From: Eledone cirrhosa
Taxonomy: Eukaryota
Assembly: GCA_964016885.1 (NCBI GenBank)
Contig: OZ024749.1
Span: 46,996,001-47,060,000 of the forward strand
Length of the DNA stretch: 64,000 nt
Reading direction: 5' to 3'
Position 1 is the stretch's first letter. The number at the start of each line of letters is the position of its first letter. Positions 28,964 through 45,547 of this stretch are shown here, piece by piece. The notes under the pieces were generated by a model. It had not been told where the DNA came from. It was given only the letters and a program-made list of their open reading frames with translations, and searched no databases. Both the position numbers and the translations under genes were made by a program.

Positions 28964-30649
28964 TCAGTGATGTAAACACACACTTTAACATCAAATAAGC
29001 GTGAACATATGTGTGACAGATAAACCTGAAAATGAAGTGGCCATGCAATTGCAAAAAAAGAAAAGTGAGGTAATGATAAAGGTGAAAATCAAATATATTC
29101 ACAAAGTATTGATATTTAGATAATGTAATTAAATCACTGTATATAATTCAAAAGACAAGGATGTAAAGAAATATTTTTCTTATTATTAGAAACAAGATAA
29201 AAATGTTCTCATGAACTTTCATATTCATAGGATAAATGTTGATGTAGTACCACACGAAGAGGTATGTTATTCTGTCAGTTCAAAGATATCACATAGTAAG
29301 TAGTTATTTTGAGAACCTATTCCACTAGAATTTGACAGAAATGTTATGGAAAAATACCCACTAGATTCAGAATATGAAAGCAATACAAGTATTCCTAAAC
29401 TAAGATACCAATGTTGAGGGTTTGTTTCATGTTAGTAAAGTTGTCCCGTGCTTTTAGTTGAATGTAGATTTGCAATATCTACTAGCATTTTTATGGTTTC
29501 AAAAGACAGGTTGTCTTGTTGATTGACGTCACAACGTAAAGGATTAGTGATCCCCTGACATGGAAACGGCTGTAAGTTCTCCGAACGCTTTAGAATACGT
29601 TAATGACAAGTGAATCACAAATGCTGATGTAAAACTGAGCAAGCAATTACATTTAGCATAGTTCTTACCCAATTGGCTCCTCCACGCTTTCATTATACAT
29701 GACATAACAGTTCAAAATATTCTGACGTTAGTCTGTGCCAAATAAAATTTATATAATCCGCTGCCCATTGAAGACTTGTGAGAAGAAACAAAACATTATT
29801 GTGCCTATTTATAGTAGAATATTCATCCATTCTCGAGGCCCGAAAATGAGAAATAATAGCGTCAATGTGCAAAGGTTATAAGAACATCAGAGACCAGTTA
29901 AAACAAAGCAACTCGAATAGGGTGAAATATGTAATGGTCTTATAATGAAGATATTAGATTAATCAATGTGAATATTATTATGCATATTGGAAATATATGA
30001 GACACCGTTAGTTTTCAGGGCACATATATCATATATTCCCATAGCATTCTGATTTCGAATGCTTTATGGTTTAGAATGGACATTTCAAGCCTGTATATGG
30101 CAGTGAGCTCATTCTATTTATCGACAGCACTTTCAAATTCAGTGATCTGTAAATGATTATTCAATTTAGGCCTAGTTTGGATCAATGATCTCAAATCCAT
30201 AATTTTAATAGGCTGTCTATTCAAATTTTGATAACATTGATGAGCTGTCCACACCTGAAATATTTTATCCTAATGTTCGCATGCTGTATGAATCGATTAA
30301 TTGATATTATGAAGCTATTTGTGCCAACTTTATATATTTTTTATTCAGTATGCAAATATCCAAGAAATTAGTCGATTAATCTCAGAGCCCATCATAGCTG
30401 TTAATTATGTATGTATTCCAAAATATGGGGATTTCTATGCATATATTTTGATAAGCACTATTCTTAATAAACATTTTTCTCTTAATTAACGTAATCAACG
30501 TAATACTATTTGATATAGAGTCAACCAAGAAACATAGGTTGTGTTAGGCTTCATCTTATCATATCATTAAAACTATTGGAAATGTTTAAAATATCACATT
30601 ATCTATTCTCCAGCAGCGCTATATATATATAAGTGTGTGTGTCTGTGTG

Positions 30650-30758
<109 letters not shown>

Positions 30759-31070
30759 TATATATAATATATGTATATATATATATGGGGGGGGGTATGT
30801 GTGTGTGTGTGTGCGTGTGCCTGCGTGTGTTTGTGTGTGCATGTGAGTACGTATGTGTGTGCGTGCAAAATCGATCTTCATTGAATGAAAGTTATAATTT
30901 ACAATTGACATTGCAGGTATGTTATGGAACCTAGACCAATCGATCGTTTTGTGTATTTAATCATTTTCAGTTATAGCCAATTGATTTCTTTCATTTGAGG
31001 AAAATATGCACTGATAACAAATGTTGGTTTGTCCTGCCTGAATATGTATTTGCTGGAATTACTGATAATT

Positions 31071-31182
31071 GTTTCTACTATTGGGACAAGACCAGCAATT
31101 ACCCAGTGCATTACTGGTACTTTATTTTATCGACTCCGTAAGGATGAAAGGCAAAGTTAACCTCGGCGGGATTTGAACTCAG
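31071..31182 (-). mobile_element. tRNA-derived SINE fragment (octopus-type)
   Basis: actggtactttattttatcgac..aaggatgaaaggcaaagt..cctcggcgggatttgaactcag; B-box GAGTTCAAATCC on the minus strand; copies at 36194 and 40347. Confidence 0.8.
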
Positions 31183-31991
31183 TTTGATAATGCATTCAAG
31201 GAAGTTAAAATTGTATCATTTTAGTTCGAAACGAAATGAGAATTCTAACATTGAGAAAGCTCATTCGGAAATATTGTTATGTATTATTGAAGAGACCAAA
31301 GGTTGTATATATACATATGTAACCAATCTTCTGCATTTTAATCGCGGTATATCAGTGTGTGTAAATGATTCAATATGCCATAATTAATCTTCGCTAAAAT
31401 ATAAATACAAATTGCTATTTGTATTCAAAGTGTTTTGACAATCCAAAGCAGTATTTGCTATAATTTATTTTAAATTTCGAGTTGCGTACGTCATAAAAAT
31501 CGTATATATATATATATATCCTAACAGACTTTACCTCAGATAAACATTCCTTGTTTGTTGTTACAATTTTCTCAATTTACTGTAAATCTGTATTTAATTC
31601 ATTCACACAGAAACTATTTATACTTGGTAATTTGACACGTTTAGAAGGAAAGATGTAAAAGTATAATACCAATTAGAATTGGAAAGGAATATGTCTTCCT
31701 TTATTAAACGTATTCATAATAGTGTTGGCAACTGTGTAATATCTAAAAGCCTTTACTAATATTTAATCTTTAGCGAACTATCAGAATTTATTTTTATTAT
31801 GGACGAAACCGAAAACATAATATTGACTTGAATGACTCCCAAAATATGATTAGTTTCTTTAGTGAATGAATAGATTTTGTAAAACCTCAACCAAGGAAAT
31901 GATTCCATGGGAATATACGCGAAACACAAACAGTTAAATTATATATACACATTCTCTAAACATATGTCAATGGAATGTGTATGCATAATAT

Positions 31992-32700
<709 letters not shown>

Positions 32701-35700
32701 CATATATATATATATGAACATAATGTGCTCAGAATGTGCACCTCATGATTTTTATATGGACATGAATACTGACAATACATTTCGTCAAGAAACATGCTAA
32801 CACATGTTCTCTAACAGGTTTTCTGAAAAAATAATTGTTATTTATTTTGCATTCGGGCGAATAGTTTTTATTTATCATTAGAGATTTGATGAAATCAACC
32901 TCCGGGCATATTCTGTTCACTGTACTCGGACACCTGTTTTAAATTAACTGTATTTTGACGAGCATTACGCTTTGGAATGCATAGTACACTGTGTTATTTA
33001 CCAATTATATTTAGTATTATGTGACATTGTTCAATAATCTCACAACATATTCGCACATCTTTGCATTACCTCTGCAGCACTTGAGTCATTATTTATATGA
33101 CACCCATACATTTAATTGAAGCTGAGGCCTGAGTCAAAATTAAGAGCGGAATCAGCTGAACGACCAGCAGGTATTTACGGCTATTCGAAATGAAGCAATT
33201 GTTAAATCTCAGGGGATGCGCAGTATATTTACTGATTTTTGGCCATTATGTATGAGGAGACTTACTACTAATAAATGCAGTAATATTTGAATAATGTAAA
33301 ATGATTCTTTGTTCATATATATACATATGAAAGTCTTGAATCATCTGCGTTTGATTTTCTAAAATATTTCAAAATGTCTCCTGAAAAATGGTTAAACATG
33401 TAAGCCAAATGTTAAATAATATCAGTAGAAATTATGCACAGTATAATAATGTTATGTTTGGTTTGTGGACTGCTTTCTAATTATCAAGTATATGACTATC
33501 TAGCACTTAAATAATAAGTATATTCGATTATAATGACGGTTAACATGAAGTGAGATATTATTCAGTTTAGCTTTGTTTAGACTATAATTCCATGTGTTCA
33601 CCTTGTATATTAGAATGTTTAATTGACTCTGTAGATACAATTATTGAATTAGTAGGCAAGGTTTCTATGATATTTATTAGAAGGCTTCGCTTCTTGTATG
33701 TTCATTTACTTATATAAGAACATACTGGTGCCTCTCATTTATATTTCAGACAAATGTCGAGACATAATTTCATTAGCCAAGTTGCATCACACAAACCGGC
33801 AGCAGGCTGGTTATTTAGAAAAACGGAATAGTCTTCTAACACAGTTACACAGGAAATATATTTAATATAATTGTCGAATACATAAACAATATTAACATAA
33901 CTCTTACTACAGCATGTATTCCATTAATACGAAAAGCTATTGTGATGCATTACGAACGATTACTATATTATACAGTTATAAACTATGGTGGTGGATTAAT
34001 AGTCATGTTAACTATTTAGTTAATAACATATATGTCAAAATATCTCTTCCACCATTTTGTAATTTATATTTTATATATTCATATTGTAAAACAATTACTT
34101 TAACAAATAACATTATTTGTTCATTACTACCTCATTATCTGCATATATGAATGTCATGTCGACCTATTTCTAAATCTATTCCATTTATTTATTCATTTAT
34201 TTATTTATTTTCAAATATGAGTTAAGTTCCCATGCAATTCTTTTATGAATTTTGAAAACATTAAACCTCGCTAATTCCGATATCGTGTTGTATGATACAA
34301 TTGTTTTGTATTGATTAACTATCATGAATATTACATTTAGATCATTCCCTTGAGATCAACCTATCAACTGTTCATAAGTTAAGTTTGAATTTACATATTT
34401 CATATAGCTTCGTATTGTTGAATACCGCATGATCTGTATCGAACTATTACATATATCCAGCAATTATTGGTGAACCGTATACAATTTTTCATCAGTAATT
34501 GTTCTTAACGAGCGCCAGGCTTGACGAGGGGTAAGAAGATTAGATATATCATTACCATGCAATTAAGAAGCAATAAATTATGGAGTTCATTGGAGCATGT
34601 AAACGTGCAGAGCAATCATCTCATTTCCCACCATCAACCTCACTGTCCCTTAAGATACGAATCAGTTAGTTTATTGTTAACGACCAGCTGTTGAATGGTT
34701 AAATGCACAGCAATAAATAGCAACCTAACTAACTAACAAATACCTAACTGACTATGAAGCAACAGATAGAAACTAGACAGTGTCGATTCTTATCACTTAT
34801 ATTAGTTACTAAATATAGTTACCTGAATTTCCATTTCAATGCTTTCCTATCATATATTTCATTGTACACTTACATTCAATCACATGACAGTTTAGATTAC
34901 ATTTGAAATGGAAAATCAAAATGGGAGCGTCAGATTTCAACACATATTGGACTGTCAAATTCATGTCAAATGAGAAAAGTTATAGTATTTTAGAAAATAA
35001 TAGTCACTCCTATTATATATTCAACGAGGCCTGAGCCCCAGAATAATGCACACATTAATACATACATTTGGAATTCGTCTTCAATAGTGCTTAATTTTTA
35101 AAACGCATCTAATATTTGAATTCAATGCGAGTTATGGGGCTGTTTGAGTTCTATTCCGATGCCGGTCATTGTTATCATTTGCCGCATAGTTTAATTATTA
35201 TAGTTAGGCAACTTCAGTATTGAAATCCTGTTAACAGACTATTTCAAAATCATGCATATCACATTCAGAATATACGTGCCTAGTGTATACATCTTTGGCT
35301 ACCATTTTAAAACTATAAGATATCATTCAGACGAAATCAAATTGATTAAAAAGTGCCATTGATATTTCCCCTTGGTATCAACATAGAACATACGAGCATC
35401 GTATTGGCTAGAAGTCATCTATTGCAAACAAACACACACAGAGAAACACATTAAACAAGTTTCATATAATATGATTTGAAGAAATATTTATGCATTAAAA
35501 ATAATAAAAATATAAACATTGAAACATATCAACACAATTATTCCACTGCTGTTTATTATGATATTCAATCGTTCAATAACACCATATTTACAACTGAAAT
35601 TTATATTTGTTTACTCGATGCTACATATTTTATCGACAGTAATGTATCATATTATATGTCTGAATACGGGATACTTCACAGTTAAATAAGTAAATTACAA

Positions 35701-36193
35701 TAGCCGAAACCTATCGAATGATCTGTTCATATTATGTGAAATCAAACATTTGAATTATTTTGTAATCAGAATCTATAGATAGTAATATAGTTGTTTAGAT
35801 TATGTTAGTAAACAGTTTTCTTTATACATCCCAATTACAGTTAGATCATGACACCCCTTGCATCAATGTCACAATCCTGAAGCAAATATATATGATATCG
35901 CATCACACTGTGGACAGACTACTCATTCCGTCGGAACCTATAATAGCGACGATCCCTATAATTTCCTGATGTGCGTATTGCCTCTAAATCTGAAAATGTG
36001 TATGTCTTATGTTCCATATTGCGTCATTTGTTCGTACAATTCTGCAACTTTATCACCGCTCGGAGATTTATCAATGTAAATATAGCTACGGGAATACGTA
36101 TCTCGTGATTGGTGCTCCTAGTCGCTATAAGAAATGAGCGTGAAGGACGGATGGACGGATGGAGAGACAGAGAGATAAAACTCTGATAATAAT

Positions 36194-36282
36194 TGTTTCT
36201 ACTTTTAGCACAAGGTGGCAATTATGCCAGTGTATTACTGGTACTTTATTTTACAGTCCTCGTAAGGATGAAAAGCAAAGTT
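36194..36282 (-). mobile_element. SINE fragment with possible target-site duplication CTGATAAT
   Basis: Homologous to 31071-31182; ctgataat at 36183-36190 and 36283-36290. Confidence 0.7.
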
Positions 36283-36646
36283 CTGATAATGATGATAATT
36301 CATAATCCAAACATCATTAATTATGAGCAGACAGATTTACGGTGTTCTTAGACAGACTATATTGCATGTATACTAATACTAGTTGGTAACAAATTCGTCT
36401 ATGCATGGGAATTGAGGACAAAACCAATCTCAGTGTGATTGGAAATTACTGCGAACATTGTTGTAAATAAATACAATAATTTCAATGCACTGCATGTTTT
36501 ACCAATACCAATTCCTTATTAAAATAAATATATTAAAAGAAGCATCTCGCAACACATTACTGTAATCGTACCAGTAGTAGGTTTAGCATAAGTGACAGAA
36601 GCAACATTAGTAGTAATCGTTGCAGCATCAAAATCAACAGAAGACA

Positions 36647-36801
<155 letters not shown>

Positions 36802-38560
36802 CATAAGTCAATATAATCACGATCCTGTTAATTTTTTCCAGATTTCAGTAGACAATCGTTTGATCAATTTTTCTTTCCTCCAGCAAAGTATTCTTCTTTA
36901 AGTCGATGTTGCTTGAAGATTAGAAATTCTCACACACGAATGCAGTCAGTGGTAAGTCACATCAAGTTACGTTCTTGTATTTCATCTATGGTGACTGCCC
37001 CTTAGCAGCTACACAGACACAACATAGCTTTGGAATATATTTAGAAATAGAGACAACTGATTGCTATATTATTCTTTAACTCTTTCATTAGTGAAACGAC
37101 TGAGTAAAGAATTGAATATTATTCTCTGAATGAAAAACTATCTATATATAATATCATTTGGGATGTTTTTTTGTTTTTTTTATTTTTGTTTTGTTCTTAT
37201 TTTTAATATGAAGTAGATACTTAAATGTAATTATCATTATTAATAACTGAATTATAGTCATGTTGAATTTTGTAATACCTCACGTAAATGTATATACGGG
37301 TGAACTGATATGTTGTGGATGTACGGAATGTTATATACTCAATTTTCTGTCGTGTAATGTAACTGATTATTTGTAATATTATTCAAAATCAGCATATTTT
37401 GTTATATTAATTGTGGTCATTAATGCTCGACCCCACACATTTCAAATCGTCCCATAATACCTGAGGTTATCCATAATAAGCATTTGTAGCATTGGGTTCA
37501 AACCGTTTTAAATATACAGAATTCGTTACCAGTGGTTGTTTGTAATAATAACAAAGTAACACACCATAGGAGAAATGCTGGGTCTCATTTGACACCTGAG
37601 ATTGTCGACTATTTTATACCTCCCACAGAATTTTACCAGATGTTCTCAATTAATTATAGCGATGCTGTATTATTAATAATATCATTTACGTTGAGATTAA
37701 TATACTCCAAATGTCATATCATCTGAATACTTGTCAATGCAACAATTATAAAAAAAAAAAAAAACAGTTTCATGCAGAGTGAAAGAATCGGAGGAGAGAA
37801 TATATATATTAAAACATATGTAAATGTCTGTGGATGTCATTTCGAAAGCAATATATTTAACAGTGAAGTTATTTTAAATTACATTGCGTAGTCTAATTAT
37901 ATTAACACTATATAGATGGGAATGTGCAAACCTACATACATTTGATGCATTATAATTTGTAAATAACAAGCTAATTTTCACGGGAATATATAATATCATA
38001 TTCTATTTAAACGATATATTCTGATGACAAAAAGGTTTTCTTTTTATCAGAGTAATAATGTATATACATATATCTGGTTGTCTGGGAAACATAAAGATTA
38101 TATTAAAAACATTGTTTCGAATACTTTGATCTATACCCTGTTGAAAATATATACCATTATAAATCGCAGCATAACTTGAGCTTTATAATGCTATTCGTTC
38201 TTACAACACATTCTTTCTATGACATCGTTAAACTCCACCGCTATACATAAAACTACCTTATAGTTTATGCACACCAATATAGCTATCTTTTGGCAAATAT
38301 GTGAAAGACTCTAAAACTCGCACATACCATTATAACCAAAAATACATCGAATTTAGATAGAAGTCATTTCGAATTATCATCACGCGCGAACAGTAATACA
38401 AACAAAGGCATCATATACATAGATATATAGATACATACATACATACATGCACAGGTATACATAAGCACGCACTCACACTCACACATACATGCACCCCCCC
38501 CCCCATATAAATATATATATTTATATATATATATATATTTATAGGGGGGGGGGGGTCCTA

Positions 38561-38705
38561 CAGATGTGAGAAAAACCACCGATCCTCCATGTGAACTCTA
38601 CTATTGAAAAGCAGAAGAACTGCGAAACCGTTAAAGGAACCAAATAAATATATATAATTAAAAAAAAATAAGACTCCACTTGCATTTTCGATTTCATCTA
38701 TTTTT

Positions 38706-38710
<5 letters not shown>
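38561..38710 (+). mobile_element. Family C single-arm copy with degenerate HHR
   Basis: Matches 6697-6846; TTGAAAAGCAGAAGAACTGCGAAACCGTTA retained. Confidence 0.85.
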
Positions 38711-38745
<35 letters not shown>

Positions 38746-39420
38746 GTTAGAAGCTAGAAGGCCAAAACAATGCAGGTTTGGAGATAGAATATACATGTAA
38801 AAGAGAGCGCTGTCAATTAGTCTTTTACCTTAATTTATTCATGTATGTGTGTAAGTGCAGGAGGCGGTGAATATTAACCCTAAAAATAAGTATTGACACC
38901 TCAGACATACCTATAGTTATAGATAGCTTTCATAGACTCATATTAGGTAGGTGATATGCGATAGTGTTAATTTCGTTGTTTCCAATAACTACTCGTTTTA
39001 TTTTATTTTATGTGCCATTGGATCTCTTGGTATATTAATGGGTAAATATTTAAGTTTCAGAAACCAGATTTGGCTTAGATTCCATTATTCAATCACCATG
39101 TGGCACGACCATGTCTAAATATACGTGACATAATTTATTGATGTTTTATTTTGCATATTTGATGTTGTGTATCTGGGGACATGGTAGATTATTGCCTCTA
39201 TATCCTCAATACGTCTAGATCGATTTAAACGAGCAAAACACAAGCGGCCAAATTACTCATTTACGATCCACACTGTGGAATGTTAGATCTTGGGCAAATG
39301 CTTTTTGAAAATATACATACATATATATATATATCAATATGGGTGCCTGTGCGTAGGTGTGTAGAAATAAACAAAATCAAAATTAAATAAATAATTAAAT
39401 ATTAAATATAAGTGTGTGTG

Positions 39421-39482
<62 letters not shown>

Positions 39483-39706
39483 TATATATATATGAGTCTA
39501 CCAAAGTATAACAATATATATATATATATATTATTATATATATATTAACGCTTCCCATTTACTGCTGCAATGCCCGTAAACATATAACTTGGCGTAACTA
39601 ATCCATCATCATAAATAAATAAGAAACTAATAAGACTTAATTTGGTATTAATTATTTATGAAAGTGTTATATATTCTACCAACAACACAGACACACACAC
39701 ATATAT

Positions 39707-39739
<33 letters not shown>

Positions 39740-39799
39740 CACATATATAATTTGTTGTGCATCTATCTCTCTCTATTCATCCATCTATCTATATATATG

Positions 39800-39887
<88 letters not shown>

Positions 39888-40346
39888 GTATATATATTAA
39901 TGTCTATATTTATTAATATTTTGAATTATTATTATATATATATATATATATATACGGGACATTTTTCTTTTCTAGATTAAACGAATGCAATCATACTTCC
40001 AAACAAGCCAGCGATGATTGGAAGATTAATGAGTTTTTATCACCTCAAGATATATTATTAAAAATATGATTAACCAAATAATTATTTCACTTTATTCCGA
40101 TCATACCTATTTCAGTTGATTGCACCATTTTTAGTTTTTTATTTCTTCATAAATTTGTACTTATATCAAATTGCTCACATATACCAACACCTGTAGACAA
40201 ACCGATACACCCAATCACACGTATGCATGGACATGTACGTCTATATATATATAAATACATATACACACGCATATACATATATGTGACATGATTTACAAAG
40301 TTCTACAGCTAATCGATAACATTATAATTTATGCATATGCAATAAT

Positions 40347-40520
40347 TGTTTCTACTTTTAGCACAAGGCCAACAACTATCCAGTGTATTATCGGTACTTT
40401 ATTTTATCGACCCCGTAAAGATGAAAGGCAAAATTATCGTCTGCGGGATTTGAACGGAAAGGGCGGCAACTCTTTGCGTCAAAGCATGGCATCTGACCCT
40501 CTAGCGATACTACCAATCCA
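40347..40520 (-). mobile_element. SINE copy, more complete but diverged
   Basis: Homologous to 31071-31182 and extends into the tRNA-like head. Confidence 0.7.
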
Positions 40521-41527
40521 ATCCAATAATATATATATTTTTTTTTGTATAAATAAATATTCCAGAATGACTAATAATTAGTGTAAGAGTTAAAAGGTGT
40601 AATAATAGAACTACTGCATTCACCCTTGTTCTTGATGTATCAAGGCTGATATATTATACACGCTATTATAGAAATAGCGTGCAGTAGTTGTATTATAGTT
40701 TCGGCCCAATATAAACATGTAGCAAAATATATAAAGCAAACTTCACAGTAAATCTCTCTTTCTGGAAAATCTATTCAACTATCACAGTCCATGATATCAT
40801 TCTGATGTGGTCAGTAACGTATTCTTCATTCTGTACATCCCAAACTAATCGAATAATATATTAGTTTTGTAATATTGAAATTCATTCATCTACAAAATAG
40901 TCAAACAATATGTGTTTTCCCATTAATAGCATCCAGAAAATACAACATGTCATTATATTTCATTCAATATTATAAATACTCACAGTATTTACACACGAAT
41001 ATGTATGTAAATATTTCATAACATTTTTCATCCTCACATGATCTAACACAAAACATATAATCTTGCAATTGCACACGCACATGGGATCTCTCCACATACA
41101 TACACTGCCTTATACCAGATAACATTCCTGCGTTATCCTCTCGGTACTAACGGTCTATTTGTATAGTAACAACATTCACTCCATTAAATCCATTCCATTA
41201 AAAAAAGGTTTGCAAGATGGTGGCAACGTAAGTTCACATGAAACTTTTACCTTAAAAATTGTATGCTTTCATGTCAGTTGTTTCCTTCGTTTTCCTCTTC
41301 GTTCTTGTTGTAAGGTACAACACAAAAGGAGTTTCCAACAGTTATTTTTTCTTCTTTCTAACGTAAACATAATGTGTTTCGCGTCTGTATCTCCCTGTTG
41401 TGTTTTTTTGCGCAATAGGTATCTTTAAACTCACATACACACACACGCACATACACACATAAACACACATACACACACACTTACACACACAAACACACCT
41501 ATATATATACATGTATATATCTCTATA

Positions 41528-41611
<84 letters not shown>

Positions 41612-41614
<3 letters not shown>

Positions 41615-43223
41615 CGAGACGACGCACTCTTCACCGTAGTGGACCACGGCACCACAATGGTCGAAAATGTGAAGAGGAGAATTAGGCACTGCTTTAGCAA
41701 GGTACGACTTAAGGTATAGATGGAACCCAATAGAAAAGTAGTCAATTTCCTAACCCTCACCCTAATCCGAACCCTAACCCTCAACCTCAACACCAAGCTA
41801 CACCACCCGTATCATATATCCAATGAGAAGTTGGTGTATATCAACGCTGGGTCTAATCACCCTAGATCTATAGTTAAGACCGTAGTTAAGAGTGTCTCTG
41901 ACAGGATCTCTAACTTGTCGGTCAATAATGAGATCATCAATAGTAACGCTGATTACTATAACTCAGCTCCAGCTAAGACGTCCCACAGCGAAAGGATCAG
42001 CTATAACCCTAAGGGACATGATCGAGATGACACAAGGGAACCCCGGAGCAATACCCTCAAGGGCATGAGTCGCCCACCTAATACCTCGGTTACCAGTAGT
42101 AACACTCCCAGACCCATATCCGTCACCACCCCCGGTAGAAGGTCCCGCATACCCCACCGGTCTAATACCTACAACGTTAAAGACCACTGTGCTGCGGAGC
42201 ATAGACACCCCTGCACCGGCCCCACCACCCGCCGAATTCTAATTGAGCAGGGAGGCCGCACCTCGCAGGTTTATAGACCCACGGTGGGCCAATATAACCC
42301 TCATGATAGTGACCTCTCCGCACACCCGAGTCACACCAACCGAGCTCCACATGAGCTGTGCACAACCACGCGATGGCCCACGGCGGACACCCAACAACCC
42401 CGAAAGTATAGGGCCAGGAGGGTAACATGGTATAACCCTCCATACTCGGTGGGTCTACGTACCAGCCTGGCTAGAACATTCTTTAGAGTACTGGATAAAT
42501 GTTTCCCTAGGGCCCATAAGCACCATAACATATTCAACAGGCACACGGTGAAACTTTCCTACTCAACCACACGCTCCGTAGCCCAGCACATAGCTGGCAT
42601 AAATAGAAATAGTCCCACTGCCTCTAATACCACTGTAAACCCTGGAGCCACCCAACAGAACCAGCAGCGGGATGCATCGGAACCCGGACAGGCCCAACTA
42701 GAGCACCAGAACCCAACGACCCTGTGCTGATTGCGGTGCTACCCAGCCAACCCCGAGTGATGGTAACCACGCGATGCATGTGCTTGGTGTTTAAGAAGTC
42801 ATGGAATTGCAGAGACCCATTACTATGCCCCCTTAGTAATGAATGCATGACGAAAAACGTGGTCTACATGTGCAAGGTCACAACCCCTAACTCGGAGCAC
42901 CACTACATAGAATCAACAGCGACGAGCTTCAAAGATCGGTGGTATAACCATCGCCATTCCTTTAACAGAATAGATAAGAGGAAATGTACGGCCCTTTCTG
43001 AATTAATATAGAAGCTCACATTTGAAAAGACCCCGCACTCTCTGGTCTGGTCCGTGGTTAGAAAAGTTCCCCCAGACAGAGGCGGGTCTGGTATTTGCAA
43101 CCTCTGTCTTAGTGAGACACTCGAAATTCTTCATGGCAGAACCAAGCTATTAACAGAAGCGCCGACTTATTCGGTGCCTGCAGACACCTAAGGACGGGAA
43201 CTTTCCTGAAGCTATATTCATAA
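41612..43223 (+). pseudogene. 5'-truncated PLE RT plus GIY-YIG remnant, Hydra-clade-like
   Basis: YRDD, VNFL, YINAGSNHP, WYNPPYS, IFNRHTVKLSYS, (W)NCRDPLLCPLSNEC, VVYMCKV..YIES, FKDRWYNH, CNLC, CRH; stops and frameshifts present; begins at a (TA)n tract. Confidence 0.9.
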
Positions 43224-43532
43224 ACCCCGGTTACGGCCTGACACATAGCCCACCCACCCCACACACGTAGGTCCCCGACACCCCGTACCAATGACCAATG
43301 GACAACAACAACCACCCATGGTTTGTGGTCCTTATGGTGGATGGTCCACCGGACCCTCTACTGTTTAGGAGTCATCTAAACAACGTTTTATTGAACCTGA
43401 TTATATATATGTATATATATATCGTGTGTATATATATATATCTATTTTATATGTGTATATGTGTGTATTTTATATGTATGTGTGTATATGTATGTCTATA
43501 TTTTATAAATATATGTATGTGTATGTTAATTT

Positions 43533-43563
<31 letters not shown>

Positions 43564-45165
43564 GTATGTATGTCTTATGTGTGTATATATTTTTTGTATG
43601 TGTGTATTTTATGTATATATATATATATATTTTAAATATTTTTGCATGTATATATTTTATATATATCTATGTTCTGTGTATCTATATGTATTTTATATAT
43701 ATGTATATATATATGTATACTTGTGCGTACATACATGCATACATATATATATATATATATACACACCTGTATGTGTGTAGATGTGTGAGTGTCTGAGGGG
43801 GTAGTTGTGAGTGTATGTAAAAGTGAACCAGCATAAACCTTTTATTTCTACATTTTCTAAACTATCTAAGTATTGGACACTAACCATTATATTGAGTAGT
43901 ACCACCTCACATTTCGTATGTGTGGATGTGGAGGCGGGTGTGAGTGTAGTGCAAGCCAACCTACATAAGTCTTTTTATTTGTAAATTTTCTACTCCAAAC
44001 ATCATTTTCAGTAGCACCACTCCACATAAATTCCTCAATCTAAGAATGACCTGAATAGTCTATTTCATACTATTAAACTTATTTGAATATATATCTGACC
44101 AGATATGCCTTTTGTGAAAATAAGTCATATGGAACTATTGTCATCTTGCCTGACGGTTTGAACTTTACAAAACCACCTGCTACCATCTACAAACCGACTA
44201 ATGAGAATCAAGACTATTCCTGCTGACAACATTAAATTATTCCTAACAAGCTCATATGTCCCAAGGCTCTGATACCATCAACACTGTTTTAACAGTACTC
44301 GTAGACCGTCTAGGTATTACATATTGATTGAATATAGATCAAACCATCTTATATTTGACATACATTGTCGGGTAAATATATATTTGTTCGTATGAGCGAG
44401 TGTATATATATAAACCCCAACCACTCCATTATTTCATAAAAGCGAGAGTATAGGTAAGCCCACTAAACTGTATTAGCGGATACGCACAAGAGCGTGTTAC
44501 TCAGTAACTAAACCACGGCTGGTATAGTTCAATTCAATATAACACACATGTCTATGGAATCACGGACGCTATCATTCATAAAGGCAACACACTAATGATT
44601 ATTAATGCACATGATTTAAATATCGCTATTTACGTCCTTCGCAATGAATTTCCATTGTGTCTAGTTCTCTCTAACTATATTTCCGTCCTACAGAATGTTT
44701 CGATCCATGTGCTATTTTCATCAAACACCTCACTCACACAGGCTTCTTTTTCTTTGTTTTCTTAGGATATCTTTTTCTCATTGAATGGTTGCTTGTGTAA
44801 TAACATTATGGGACTAAGTGTCTCATGTAATTAATCCTTTTGTCCTAATAAGATTATGCGAAATGTTTATATCATACAAATAATTAATTAAGTGATAAAT
44901 TGATTTATTTGTTTGCTATTATATCTCATCTAATGGAAATGGCCGTAGAAATAAATGCTTTTTAACTCAGTAAAGAATTTGGTTATTCTTTTTGAATGTA
45001 TTATTTATGCTGTACGGTATACCTCGTGTTCAACTGTCCGGATCATACCCCATGAAAGACACGGTGGATATTGTGTCTAGCATGAGTAAATCTATATTAA
45101 CACACTGAGGTTCAGCTAACGCCGTTAAATCACCTGTCAACTTTTAAACTTTAACTTAGACTCAT

Positions 45166-45312
45166 GAAGCTTTGGCTGTGGTCAAGTAAACTCTACCTAC
45201 AATATGGATGAGTTAGCAAACCACTCAATAAGGGTAAGTCGTTAATGTAATAACATACGTTTACATAGCTTGACAAATTGAACATTGCGGTAGGCAAACT
45301 CAACCATACAAT
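45166..45312 (+). repeat. Family L dispersed repeat (also 56365-56533 and 56984-57065)
   Basis: gaagctttggctgtgg.caag.aaa.tc.acctacaata...cactcaata shared by three loci, each near TA tracts. Confidence 0.75.
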
Positions 45313-45316
45313 ACAA

Positions 45317-45400
<84 letters not shown>

Positions 45401-45453
45401 AAAATAGCCGTCGAAACGGCTTGAGCTCTGCGTCGGGGTCATACTTTTTCCTA
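45401..45453 (+). mobile_element. Family A short-arm fragment (subfamily variant)
   Basis: tagccgtcgaaacggcttgagctc..gtcggggtcatactttttccta. Confidence 0.8.
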
Positions 45454-45496
45454 TATATATATATATATTTATACACATATATGTGTGTGTATGTGT

Positions 45497-45547
<51 letters not shown>

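Noticed and set aside
38494-38555. C-run / AT spacer / G-run pseudo-palindrome
   Set aside because: Low-complexity; likely chance or slippage
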